Assembly (NCBI GenBank): GCA_051362555.1 | Contig: CM120641.1 | Coordinates: 44,460,401-44,524,400 of the forward strand | From: Lingula anatina | Taxonomy: Eukaryota > Animalia > Brachiopoda | Reading direction: 5' to 3' | DNA length: 64,000 nucleotides | Shown: piece by piece, positions 49,840-62,856 of the stretch | How the letters are laid out: every line of letters begins with the position of its first letter | How positions within the stretch are numbered: position 1 is the stretch's first letter | Made by a program: the position numbers and the translations under genes | Notes under the pieces: generated by a model | The model's input: only the letters and a program-made list of their open reading frames with translations | The model's database searches: none | What the model was told of the DNA's origin: nothing

Positions 49840-50105
49840 CTGCACTGCGCCTTGATTAAAACCTGCCGTCGAGTTCAATTTTGGCGAACGGAAGTGAGTT
49901 CTAAAGCTTTGCGAGATCTTATCATGTGACCAAAAGTAATGCTTTTGTTCAAGGATATCTGAGTTTACCACAGATTTTGAAATGATGTATGAATAGAAAA
50001 TATTCCTTGTTTTTAGTACAAATTAAAATTGGACAACTCTCAGTCCACCAGTTTTAAATGAACAATGCTTGGTTTCGCGAGAAATTGCGATAATCAACAT
50101 GGCTG
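49840..50105. promoter_or_regulatory. Compact bidirectional promoter shared by CDC26 and MRPL49
   Basis: Head-to-head genes. ETS-type CGGAAGTG at 49889, TTTCGCGAGA (one mismatch to TCTCGCGAGA) at 50073, and YY1-like AACATGGC over the MRPL49 ATG. Confidence 0.6.
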
Positions 50106-51284
50106 CCGCCATCAAGTCGTGTGTTAGAAGTGGATCTCTTCAAAAATGTCTTAATTTGACGTTCAGACGGGTAAGTTTGTCCTGAAAATAAATATATTTA
50201 TCAATAAACCTCCCCCCCCCCCAAATAAAAGCACTACATTATTTTGGTTAGCTTTAAAAAGCTAGACTCGAGAGTGACGGGGGGGGGGGGGGGGGGGCAC
50301 TTCAACAGTACCAATTATATATTAAGATATGTTATGGCTTTGATCAGTTTTGAGCAGTGCCTTGCATGCAAACTATTTTGCCGGGATGGGCATATTTATA
50401 ACCTTCACTGTTTTAAACATTGGGTGGAATGAGACCTTACCTGTGGTAAGTGTAAGGCCACACAGGCAACTCAACTCTACATCTCATGCCAAAGTTGTAG
50501 AGGCTCTAATATATAAACACTATAAACACTAATCGATTGCAGGCTTGTAGCATTCTTGGCACCGGCAATGTCATTTATGGAGAAGAAGTGGACAAAAAAG
50601 TGAGGGTAAAAGGCACTCTAACCGATGTAGAGGTATCCACAGACCCAGAAGAATGGAAATATGTTGAGCGTCTGCTTCCAAAAAACACCATTCCAGATCC
50701 ACCAGATCATCGGACACCATCTGGCTGGGTGCCACCTGCAGGTGAGAAATAAGTGGCCAAAATTTTGTTACAACTGCCAAAAAATTGACCAGATTGATTA
50801 TTTATCTCGCAGACTAATCAGCAATTCTTATTCTTAATGAATATGGTATTATTATCTTTCATTTTCCTCCTTTAAAACATATATGGCTTATGATAATCAT
50901 TTATGTTATATGATTTATTATATGGTTTATTGTTATGCTAACATCTGACATACAAGTCTAACTGAGCGGGAAAAATTGTCCAAATTCGTAGTGACCCTTT
51001 TGTTTGTGCACCATTAAAAATGATTTTGAAGCATCTTTTTTTAGGGATGTAAATTTAAACTGATCATAAAGTACAAAACATCTTCTTTTCAGAAAATATT
51101 GCAGGGAAGTATCCCTACTGTATCAGAAGAACAAAGAACCATATGTATCCAGTTTATTATCAGGAGGATAAAGATAAAAGACATTTAACAAAAATAAGAT
51201 ATATCACAGGAGATGTATGGGTAAGCTTACTGAATTTAATATAGGCAGAGATTTCAGTTGAATCAGTATTTTGAATCAAATCAA

Positions 51285-51347
<63 letters not shown>

Positions 51348-51624
51348 TTTACATGTACTTTTTTTTGACCAAATTGGAATGTTTAGCATTAAGCTAAAAT
51401 TTTCTATTTAGGGTGAGGCTAGCAAACTAATTTTTTTGTACACATTTTCATTTTCTTCCTGAATTAATTGCAATAATGCAATAATTTTGTTCTTTGAAAT
51501 AATCAGGTTATCCAAAGTAATGATGTTTACTGGTACAAAACCAAAATAAAATTCTATTTTTTTTTTTAAGTGATCATTCAAAACTTCTCAGAATTATTTG
51601 TCAAACAGCACAATTTCAAATTTC

Positions 51625-51661
<37 letters not shown>

Positions 51662-51816
51662 TTCAGGCCTTTGAAGCTGACCTTAGGGCTCACCTGGAAA
51701 AAATGAATCCAGGGAAAATTATATTGACACGAGTCTTTGAGACTGCTGGTATAGTTCACGTCAAGGGTATATATTTGGAACATGTGACAAAATTCCTCCT
51801 GGATAGGGGGTTCTGA
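50099..51816 (+). CDS. MRPL49: Mitochondrial large ribosomal subunit protein mL49 (about 182 aa)
   Basis: Exons 50099-50170, 50543-50741, 51093-51220 and 51667-51816 have consistent phases. Motifs EWKYVERLLP, TPSGWVPP, PYCIRRTKNHMYPVY, IRYITGDVW and C-terminal LLDRGF. Basic N-terminal transit-like peptide. Confidence 0.95.
51287..51350. repeat. (TA)n followed by poly-T
   Basis: About 22 TA units then a T run in MRPL49 intron 3. Confidence 0.9.
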
Positions 51817-52598
51817 AGCATGGAAACAGTCAGGTTTTCCACCCATTTTGCATATAAGTATATCCATGGGCAGCACAGATACAGAGTTTTGAAATTACTT
51901 ATGTTCTGAAGAGAGTGTTTTAAAAAGTCGTGTTCATATCTGATGTCATATGATGATTAAGTTAGGCTGATCAGAGGCAGAGAAATGAATTTCAACACCA
52001 ACATGCTGTTAATTATCTGAGAGAACAAGGATTTTGTTTGCTGATGGAATTTCACCTGCTCAGCTGTTAGCAAATTCAGGGCCCAGATGATTACATAGTG
52101 GAATATCTTGAAAAGTATAATACTTCATACAGCAAATTTCAGGGGTCTTTATTATGACCCAGTTACATCCCTGATTGTATCAGTAGTTTTGACAGATTGT
52201 GTAATATAATGCTGCGTTAAATGTGTTTTGAACCACAAAATTTACAACTACAATGCCTTTGGTTGTATTACAGGGCTTTTCATTGATGCCTTGTCATGAG
52301 CAAGTTTCTTTTGTAAGCAATTAATAAAGAGAAATGTTATAAATAAAAAAAGTAGTAACATTTTTAATTTGTTAAAAATTCCTTGGGTCATTGCTAATAG
52401 AAAATGAATTTGTCTTAAGTAATTCACAAAAGGACATATAAAATGTTATGTTACTGTTCATACAGAGTTTAGTGCTTTGAAACATTTAGTGTGTGTATGT
52501 GCCCTTTTAAATATGATTTACTGAATCAAATTTTTTAGGTATTACCCAAAATACAAAATGATGGCATGGTACATTTCATAATTTTATATTAAAATATG

Positions 52599-52601
<3 letters not shown>

Positions 52602-52649
<48 letters not shown>
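52602..52649. repeat. (TA)n microsatellite
   Basis: About 24 TA units between the convergent MRPL49 and ankyrin-gene stop codons. Confidence 0.9.
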
Positions 52650-52651
<2 letters not shown>

Positions 52652-52866
52652 GTTCAATATCCTGTTTTGGTACTGATAGTGCGTCAGCTGTGTGAAAAAA
52701 ACTTCATGGACAATAAATAAAAGCAGTGGATGCAGATAAAAGTTCGTGAACTCGCACCCTCTATAGGAACTGTGAACTTGGATAAAGTGTTACCTATCAA
52801 ATAGCAAGGTTTAATTCATAGCCAACATGCTTTAATTGTTAGTATTCTGGAATATATTGTAGTGTT

Positions 52867-54092
52867 TTAGGATTCTGCTGCCACTTCTGCTGGTACTTCT
52901 TGTGTCTCAGAAGAATCTGCATCAGTTTTGTTCTTGTTTTTATTTTTCTGCTCCTGTTTTTTTTTCTCCTCATATGTATCTGGATCCATGAAGACCAGAG
53001 AACTCCTTGGCCTCAAACGTCCATCATAGCGTGGAGAAAAATTACCTATAAAGCAAAACAAATTGAGTAGCCTTGTAACATTATTATTTAAAAATCTGTT
53101 TATATTAATGATTTAATTCAAAATTTGTCAAAGTTTCTGTGTAAAATATGAATTGAATGATTATTGTTCTGACTGAAACTTCACATCTTTCCCTTTAAAG
53201 TCAATAGTTCAGTTACAGTGCTCAATAATTGGTCAAATGATATAATAAAAAATAATTGGTACCATGTGCTGGGGTGGATGCTCTGGATAAACTGGATGGG
53301 TCTTTTCCTGCAATAAGATTTTTCTCAATAATGACCTGAATGACATTTCTTGGTATTTTCTGCCTTACATTTTGTTTTAAATGTACCATATGCAAGTAAT
53401 TGCCAAGTTCAAATGTCTCATTATGTAAAATCAGATGATAAATTTACTGCCTCTGTTGAAAAGTTGCCCCAAACTAAGAGCAATAAGTAGTTTAATATCC
53501 ATTTTTTTCTAAAGAGGCAAAGAAACATATGATGAACTTGGACTCAATTGCATCAAAATGCTTAATTTTTCAAAAGTTTTTTCTTTTAATTTTAAAGTGA
53601 AATCTAAATGACAATGTCAACAATTTGTTACTACCTTGAGAGTCCAACTTCTTTTTCACTATTCCATTTGGTGTCATGATCATCTCTGTTTGAAGATCTT
53701 CACAGTCTGGTGTAGAGCTGGGCGTCCTGGAGCGGTGGTGACCCACAGAGGTCGACGGACGGGAAGGATAGGTGGAGACACTGGGCAGAGCATGATCCAT
53801 TTGGTCCAGTTCGTGTTTTTCAGCCATGTTATCAAAGTTTAGTGAAGACCTTGGAGGGGCACTTTTGGTTCTAAGCTTCTTTTTGCCTGAGAATGAAACA
53901 CATTTTTAGCATTTATACATATATATGTGTTATAATTATAACTTTCAGTATTTCTTGTATTGTTCTATTTTTGAAAAGTGTATCATCAGAAAATAAACAA
54001 GTCCAAATTCATACAAATTCATCACTTTACCAGATAAGAATGCAGTGTACTATAAATTAAATAGATAAGATGATACAGTGCTCTTCTTTTAG

Positions 54093-54143
<51 letters not shown>

Positions 54144-57100
54144 TTATAAAAATATTAGATTAGGCAGCTAAGTACTTCCCTTGAAATTATTATCATCCTT
54201 GATTTTTTCACTCTATACATTTATCAATGGTTTTGTTATTTCACCTACCCCCAGGCGTCCCTGCATCTTCTTTTGGAATACATAATGGTGCGTATGCTGA
54301 GAAAAGACTCTTTTCCCTTCTGCTGAGTTGTGTATTTCTCCACTCCTCATGCACTCTTCTCCTTTCCTCCATGATGGCTTTTCTACTTTTGCGAGACCCT
54401 TCTTGGCTGCATGGTAGAAAATGGCACAATTTTAGTTTCTCCAATATTTTTAGACAAATTCATAGTGAACATCTTTTTCATGCTTTTATAAATGATAAAT
54501 AAAACCATGTTAGTGTTATCTTAAGAATATGGAAAGTCATTCAGTATAATCTTTTGATTAAAAAAATCATAACTTACCACTGGACAATTATTTGAAATTT
54601 TTCAATCTCTGACATTTACTTACTATGGCCATAATTTACACCCAAATGTGAATGCTTAAATCTGATGCTGCCCTATTTTCAATTAATATCTAAAACAGAA
54701 CCGTGTGTCATACCAACCTTTTTGTCTGCAAAGTGTTTTTTCCTTTCATTTCAAAGAATAAGCAAGAACATTTCAACCCTCACACAATACACATGCAAAT
54801 CATTGAAAATGTTGCAAAAATGTTATTTCCTCATGATTTCTTTTTAGGGAAAATAAAGGTTTTCAGTAAAGATTGGCATTTTATTAGGGAAACACATAAA
54901 TAAAGAAATATGGTATAAAAAGCATACACATGCATATAAACAACAAGGTGGATAGTAAAACTAAAGCTGATTTCATAACTAAGATAAGGTACTTGGTAAC
55001 TTCTTTGTATTCAATTTATTATTTGTCAGAGGACAGGAAAACATTTATAATGGTCCCTTTAATTTCTAAGGAGGGGAAAGGAGGGACATCATCATTTCAT
55101 CAACTTCAAATTAAAAATGCTCAGGAACTGTAAGCAAAAAGGTCTTCCAAATATTGGTAAGATTTGGGTTAAACACATGTAATGCTAAATTCTTTATGCT
55201 GATCAAAGAAAGGTTATGTTCACATTTGCAATAGCAGGATATAGTTGAATATGTATGAACTCAAGCACATTCACAGTTGGGATGCATTCTGAACGGGGAA
55301 ACACAACAATCATGCAGTGCAGAGAGAACTTACTTTATAATTGGCAGAGAAAACTTTTGAGAATTACAAGGACAAGGAAGTGGTCTAAAATAAAGAAGTG
55401 TGTGTCAAATAGAAAATAATGGATTTTGCACGAAAGAAAATTGTGTCAAAAATTTAAAGCAAAAGTAGTTGTTAGTATTCCTTACTTGATAAGTTACTGG
55501 CATAAATTAAAGAGAAAGAAAAGTGTTGCTAAGCACCAGCTGCAGCACAAAATATCTTTTGTAGATTACTGAATTTCTATGACATGAAATTTTCTACTTC
55601 ATCCATAAGCAATTGTCCCAAGATTCCACTTATTTTTTGGCCAACTCCCCCTCCCCTTTTCACTATATTTTCTTATCATTTTTGTTATCTACTCACTCTT
55701 CATAGATGAATTCCTTGTTCTCTTTATTCTCCCTTGGAGACCTTCCAGGGTGTCCTATCTCATTACTATTTCCCCCTTCCTTAACCTCACAATGAGTGGC
55801 AGCACTTTCACTTTCATTTTCCAGTGGTGTTCCATTCTCTGCTCTTGTTGCCTCAGTCTTGTTCTTGCCCCTCTGATCTCTATCTCTGGGACTGTCATTA
55901 TCACTTCTTGGTGACTTTGACAATCGTTCAGCACGTCTTATCTTCATGTTTTCATTTAGGTGGAAATTGCTTTCACGTGCCCTCTGAAGGGCAGAGCTTG
56001 CCCTGGAATTGACGCGTTCGTACATGCTGTTGGTTCTCTCCAGTGCCTGAGAAAGTGCAGTCTCAGCAATCTGCTTGTCCATTTCATCTTGTGCCTGAAA
56101 CCAATAAAATTGCCAGTAAACCAACTGATGACAAGTATTTGTCAATTATGAATCTTTCATTAATGAATACATTTTAAAATATAAAAAATATATAACATTT
56201 TGTGGATTTGAAGATAATTTTTTTAAAAAATCATTCAATCAAACATTCTTATTAACCTCTATTTTTTGTTGATGTTCTTCATGTTTTTTCATCTCATCAT
56301 CAGCTTTCATTTTGGATTTAATGGCCTCTTGCTCAAACTCTTTCTGAAAATAACAAATCATAGAAAAAATGTTTTAATAATTAGTATTGATATTTGTTTT
56401 AAGTCCGAATTTGAAGTAGACCAACATTTTAGGTATTGAAGTTAGGACAAACTTCTGACCTTTGTTTTTTCTTAATTAAATCTGCACCTAGACTGAATGA
56501 AATTGAATCATTTTAATCTTTACCTCTAATGATGCACTTAAGTTCTGTATCTTCTTATTCTTAGTTGTGACTGATAATGCCTTGATTTGCTCTGGAAAAA
56601 ATAATTGTAGAAACAGTGAAAAAAATTAAAATCTCAAATGAATATGGTGGAGAGATTACATTAACTTCAAACAGTGTTTCCTTATCAGAAATATTATTTA
56701 ACCTTCATTCTGAAATTAAAAAAAAAGTTGGTTTTAAAACATTTCAAATCATATGTATCTAAAGGTACCAACTGGTTTCTACCAACTGCTCAGTAAAGAG
56801 TTATTTCCACTATATCAAATGGTTTATATAACTTTTAAAATATTAAATATCAACAAATTTCAAATATTGAAACTGGTATTATTAAGCTTACCTTTCAGAT
56901 ATGCATCCCAGTTGGCTATGGCTTCTACGTCTATTTCTCCATCAGCCGTCTCTTGTAGCTTCATCAACTTGTTGACCAGTACCCCTTCATCTTGTGACGG
57001 AGTCCCAGACATCATCTGAAGACGTTTAAACTTTACCAAGTTGTGTGATGCTTGTCGTTTAAACTCGTATATTTTGACACTTTTCCAAACTTTTTCCCCT

Positions 57101-60100
57101 ATACTGCTCTTTGGTTGGTAATATTTTTCTCCGATTTTTGGAGTCTGTGCTTGTTGTACAGGCTTCGGTGCTGTGTTGTTTTTATGTTGTGTTAGAGTTT
57201 TGTCTTTGGTCGATTTAGGACCAGTTTTAACAGCATCCCCTGCTGCTGACTTTGGTTTAGGGGTTGTTCTTGCATGCTGGCTGTACTGGTCATTGGGCTG
57301 AGTTTGACCACCTAGTGTGTTCTTAAAGTGGACTTGTTCTTTTCTTTGTTTGCTGTTAATGTTGTTGGCACGTGAATTATTATCTGCTAGTAATCTAGGA
57401 GATTTTATCTCTGTGTCCGACCTTGGTGACATTTTGTTGGACTTTTGATGATTCAATCTATTCTGCTGATTTTTCTCTTTTTTCCCTTCTTTATTTTCAA
57501 TGGCATCTTTTGTTTTTTCTTTGCTCAATGGTGAGGGAGATGAGAGTTTAGATTTCTTGGAAACCTGTTTCTCTGGAGGAAGGCTTTCCATTTTTCCAGG
57601 TGGGTGTGCAGTGGACCTTTTCTGCATTATCTTTTCTTTGTGAAAATTCCAGTTTTTCTGAATACTTCTAGCTGCACAGTTGATGACTTTGTCCCCTGTT
57701 GCAGCCCCACGTGATCGCAGATAGGTGGCGCATTCGGTGCTATCTCTGGCGAGAGCAGCATCAAGAGGAGATACATGTTTATTCTGTAAATATAAATATT
57801 TAAACTTCTCAGTGTCATACACAAAACACAATTGTCTGAAAAAAAAATCTAAGCACTACAATATGGCTAGCGATTATTGTGAATAAATAACTTCTGCATA
57901 AACACAACTTCAAATATCCTAAACCTTAATCCAACTCAACCGATTTCTATATATATATAATTGTTTTTCCAGTAAGTTACACAAAATTTCCACATTCTGA
58001 CCTCGAAGTCTTTCAACAAACTGTAGATCCAAATATGAAAGCTATATATTATAAAAACTGATATTATAAAAACTGATCAACAACCTCTAAAATTCCCACA
58101 TATTGTTTTACCAGTCCTTACACCAAAACTACTGGGCAGTTACCTCAGACCATTGGTGAACACCACAGACTGACAGCAGTGGTGGTGTGGTCTTACCTTG
58201 TGTTTCATAGTAATATTCACATTAGCACCATGCTGTATGAGGGTCTTGCACATCTGAAGGTCATTGTTGGTGGCAGCAATGTGGAGACAGGTTCGGCCAT
58301 CTTTGTTGGCCAGATTGGCCTGCCCTTCCATCAACTTCAGAAGGTACAGAACTGTGTCTGGAATTGTCAGTGTACAAGAAAATTAAAAAACTATTATTTT
58401 ACTTGACAATCCCTGTGCCCCACCCTAATATAAGGGCTTGTTCCCAATGAAACTATCGTTCTAAGACCCAACTCTGTGGGGATTTGCAGGGTCTCTCGCT
58501 GACTGCAATCACATAAACTGAATGACAGGCATTTGAGTGAGATCAATGTACATAGAACAATAGTTGTCTTGGGAATGCGCCCTAAGCTTTAAAAGGCAGC
58601 TGGAAATGGTGGAGACTTGCTAATAATAAGTGCTTTACCTTTTATTCAAAGATTATCATAAAATGATGGCTGAGTTTGAAATAATTCTTTTCAGTGGAAT
58701 AATTTAATGTTATACATAAAAATGATAATATAAGAATAATACATTGTAAAATATAAGCCCCACTTTTTACAGATTTGACATTTATGAGAATTATTGCATA
58801 CATGTCAATTAAATGATGTAGATGTATTGACATGGAAGTGCTAATACAAAAGAGTATAATCAATACTGTTTCATTGTGAACATGCATACAAAAAAAAAAT
58901 GAATGAGGTGGGTGACAGACTTTGGTAAAATAATAGACAACAGAGAATATATTATGTGATATGACAATTTGAACAATTTGAGACAAAAACTGTAATAAAT
59001 TAAAACAGGAAAAAGTATCCATTTGGGTAAATAGATATATCTATACATCTAAAATGAAAGCAATTGATATAAAAGATGAACAATGAAATTCACTTGGGGA
59101 TAAATAAATTAAAGCACACGAATGCCAAGCACAGACTTGTATTTCTTTTAATCATCCTAATGGACTTTGCTTATTACACAAATTACGGAGGATGAAGGGG
59201 TTTTCAGTTGTGTATTCAGAGAGTAAAATAAATGACCAAATGCATCAAAAGTATGGATTAATGTCATCTGTTAAAAGCTCCTGATTGAAATCCTAATGTG
59301 AAGTGCTTATTACAGAAGATGAAGAGCTTTCAGTTGTTTCTCAAAGAATAAAATACAATACAAAATATATGGATGAATAGCTGGCACAAAGCATGGTTCC
59401 ATCAATAATTAATTTGTGTTACACTCAATAAGTGGATATAAGCAGGAACAGACCAAAAAAAAAAAAATGAATGTGACAATGAATTACGTCCAATCTAAAT
59501 ACAAAAACAGTCTGAAGTTTAAGCTCTAATGGCAAAATGTTTTGATGGGGTAACTTGAGATTCTATTCTAATCAAATACATCATACATGGTTATTAGAAA
59601 ATGCATTGTTATTCTGTATTGCAAACTTGCAAACCTGGGGTTATGATGGATTATGGTACATTTATGTTAAAGTAATTTATGTCTGTATCACAGGAAATTA
59701 TTCTTGGGATCACTTAAATCCATTTCTGTTCCTTCGTATTTTGTGTTTTATCCTTTTGAAAGTTTGTTTATGACTTGCAGCCTGGTATTATTTTAAATGA
59801 AGTAATTGTTTTAACCATTTAAAGCATGACAAACAGTATGTGTATTATGAAATGCAAATCAATAACAAAATTGCTTCAAAGATGCATTTATCTGCCACAA
59901 GAGAGCAATATCTAGAAGGGAGATTTATGTGAGCAACAAATGAAAGGCCCCATTTGCAATGGACACTGTTGGTCTACGTGAATCGACCCAACTCTGCAGG
60001 GACTCTTGCTGATTGCAATCAGCTTAACTGAATGACACGCCTCCTCCTGGCGTTAAGTGGAATACAGAAAAGCTGGTGATTATTCGAGAACTTTGGAAAC

Positions 60101-62729
60101 AAAAGGAGGTATGTCTTTCAGGTAAGCTGATTGCACTCAGCGAGAGTCCCCGCAGAGTTGGATCAATCCACACAATCTGATGGTGTCTATCAGAATGGAG
60201 TCTAAAATTCTCTTTGGTTTTTAACTCACCGACATGCTGCCCCTGGGCTGCTTCATGTATAGGACAGTCTCCCTTAATGTTCCTCAGCCACAGGTCACCA
60301 TGCTGGGTGGACAGCAACTCAAGGCCAGGAATGGACCCTTTGGCAGCAGAGCAGTGGGCAGGGCTGATAGAAAAACATATTTGCAGATGTTTTGTGTTGC
60401 CTTTCATATACTGCATATAATGTGCATGTTTATTGTGTAATTTTGTTTGCTTTAAAATACACTTTTTAAAATTCTTCAATTATAGTGTTTTGTACGAGCT
60501 AGGTGTTTCTACTTCAAGTTAATGAAGCTTAACTTGAAAGTTTTTTAAATAGCAAATTCATGTCAAACAATACTAATCTATCACAAAAAATTACTTATAT
60601 TAGTTAAAGAATTAGCCCCTTATTTTTTTGTTTCTCTACCTTCTTCCCTTCTTATCCTGATGGTTGGGGTCAGCCCCCAGCTCCAGCAGAATGTTTGCAC
60701 AGTGCAGGTGGAGCATGGTCAATGAGTAGAACAGCGGCGTACACCCATTCTTGTCCAGAGAGTCAACTTTGGCAGAACACTCCGTTACCAAGGTGAAGAT
60801 GGTGTCGGCATGACCCCGACTTGAGGCACAGTGAAGGGCTAGAAGAAAATTTTAAACATTCAAATACACATAAGCCTCTTCAAAATAAGAATAACGTTAA
60901 TAGTACGTAGGAATAAAAGGAAAATGCATCTAATGTATCAAAAGAGTATCTCATTTGCGGGGTTTTAAAACTTTCTGATACAAGCACCGAAGCATTGCAG
61001 AGAATTTCTAGACTATTATTTTTATAATATTATTTTTTCTACTTTTATCACTTTTCTACAACCAAGTATTTACCTGTGAGCCCATCTTTATCCGACGATT
61101 CCACTTTAGCGCCTGCCTCGATAAGAATTTTGCATGCCTTACAACTACCTGAAAAATAATTAAAAATTCGCTTTAAAATACAAACATTTCACTTAAATAA
61201 ACATGTCGTTTTTGCTCGTCATGAGAAATTCTGTTATAAAAATAGCATTATCATCAAAATCTTCTGCTACCTTTAAGAACAAGGTTAGAAATTTATGATA
61301 GTACGTATATAAGCGTGCTTTAGATAAGTTGATTGATTGAGAGAGAGAGAGAGAGAGAGAGAGGGTTTCTTTCACCTCCACTTGCGGCCCAAAGCAAGGG
61401 CTGTCTCTCATCCTGATCAATGCAGTCAACGGGCACTCCCTTGGAAAGAAGTTTGCCCATGATCTTTATCCCGACCGCCTCGTCACTACCGCACATCTGG
61501 GCTGCGTAGTGGATGGGGTATGCTGTGTGAGAGTCGGGGGTGGACGGGTTGGCCTTCTGGGCGATCAGAAGCTCCAGCATTTCTGCATTGCCACAAACTG
61601 AAGAGAAAACAGAACATACAGAACTGGTTTTTAGAAAAATGGTGAAAGTGAATAAAAATTATCCAGTAGAAATATTTTCACATCATCTGATGAGACTGAG
61701 TTTCAGAGAGTACTGGCACTGGAAACGTTATTTCTGAAACATAAGGTGCTGGTGGGATGAACAGTTGCTATTCTGGGAAATCTCTATGATTAAGTTGAAC
61801 CCAAATAACTTGTTTGTTTTTCTCTCTCTTTTTTAAAGTAAAAATTTCCTAAAATGTTACTTTCTCTTATTTTTATTGCTAAAGCTGATGTGTTCATACA
61901 AATGCGAAATTAAAATATGAAGTTCTATGGACAAACCTGCCGCCCAATGAACCGCAGTATGTTTCTCGTTGTCCACAGCGTTCACGTTGGCTCCTCTCTG
62001 AATCAGCAGCTGAAAAAGCGGCTTGTTGCTGATCTGTACGGCCAGATGTAAGGTGCTGTACCCGTCTGCGTCCTTCTCGTTCAACAATTCTGGGGCTGCC
62101 GCTAGTAGGAGCTCCGCGCACCGAACGTTCTCGGTCTCGGCGCAGTAGTGGAGGGCCGTGCGTCCCATTGCCTCCTTCTGTGTCACCATTTCTGGCTGAG
62201 TGAAATGAGGTGTAATCGAAATATTACAAATTGGCAAAAAGTGTAAAATTAAGCTTGAATTATAAATGTTGATAAAGCACGGAAAAGTTAATGGTAAATT
62301 TAGAAGTCCATTGGTGTATTGGTTTTCGTGTTACGTTGCTCGTACGGTGGTGGATTGAATTGCAATAGATTAAAGCCAGTTAAAATGCCGAGACAAGGCC
62401 CACTGTCACTGCCACAGGCTTATCTTAGTTCTCACTGAAATGGTCGTAAGCCCAGGTACTTATCAAAAACCATAGGATAATAAACTTTACATATCAATTT
62501 ACAAAAGTATTTACATCTTTACTGGGTAGATCTACAGTTTTAAGAAATGGGGCAAAATTATCAAACTGCCCGATATAAAATCATTCCGTAAACCTGATAC
62601 CGTTAAACGATGCCGATATTTTACCTTATTTTTGATGCAGTTTTTTACTTGGGCGTCGTCCCCGGCCTGACAAGCCATCATCAGGGGTGTGGCCCCTGCA
62701 GGGGGTCCTTCGCCATCGGAACTAGACAT
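52867..62729 (-). CDS. Ankyrin-repeat protein with IQ-like motif and long basic low-complexity C-terminus (inversin-like), about 1077 aa
   Basis: 15 phase-consistent exons: 62729-62625, 62195-61937, 61597-61376, 61148-61074, 60838-60640, 60363-60230, 58357-58197, 57783-56892, 56591-56524, 56343-56257, 56094-55697, 54406-54249, 53886-53635, 53307-53263, 53045-52867. Ankyrin motifs GRTALHYCA, GYSTLHLA, HTAVHWAA, YPIHYAAQ, RQPLLWAAS, GLTALHCAS, GRTCLHIAA; IQ-like AARSIQKNW. The start codon may instead lie in an upstream exon (acceptor at 62733). Confidence 0.88.
54093..54140. repeat. (ATT)n microsatellite
   Basis: About 16 ATT units in an intron. A similar shorter run lies at 51626-51661. Confidence 0.9.
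58463..58530. mobile_element. Partial copy (one arm) of the fold-back MITE family
   Basis: GACCCAACTCTG...TCTCGCTGACTGCAATCAC...AACTGAATGACA matches the left arm of 59978-60171. Confidence 0.6.
59978..60171. mobile_element. Fold-back MITE with about 65-bp imperfect inverted arms
   Basis: GACCCAACTCTGCAGGGACTCTTGCTGATTGCAATCAGCTTAACTGAATGACACGCCTCCT pairs with AGGAGGTATGTCTTTCAGGTAAGCTGATTGCACTCAGCGAGAGTCCCCGCAGAGTTGGATC. Confidence 0.8.
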
Positions 62730-62775
62730 TTCCTGCAACGGCAATGAAGTGATTGTCAGGTCTTGATTGGCAACG

Positions 62776-62777
<2 letters not shown>

Positions 62778-62855
<78 letters not shown>
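62778..62855. repeat. Compound self-complementary microsatellite (TC)n-(GT)n-(GA)n
   Basis: About 17 TC units, a 10-nt spacer, then about 16 GA units. Confidence 0.9.
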
Positions 62856-62856
<1 letters not shown>

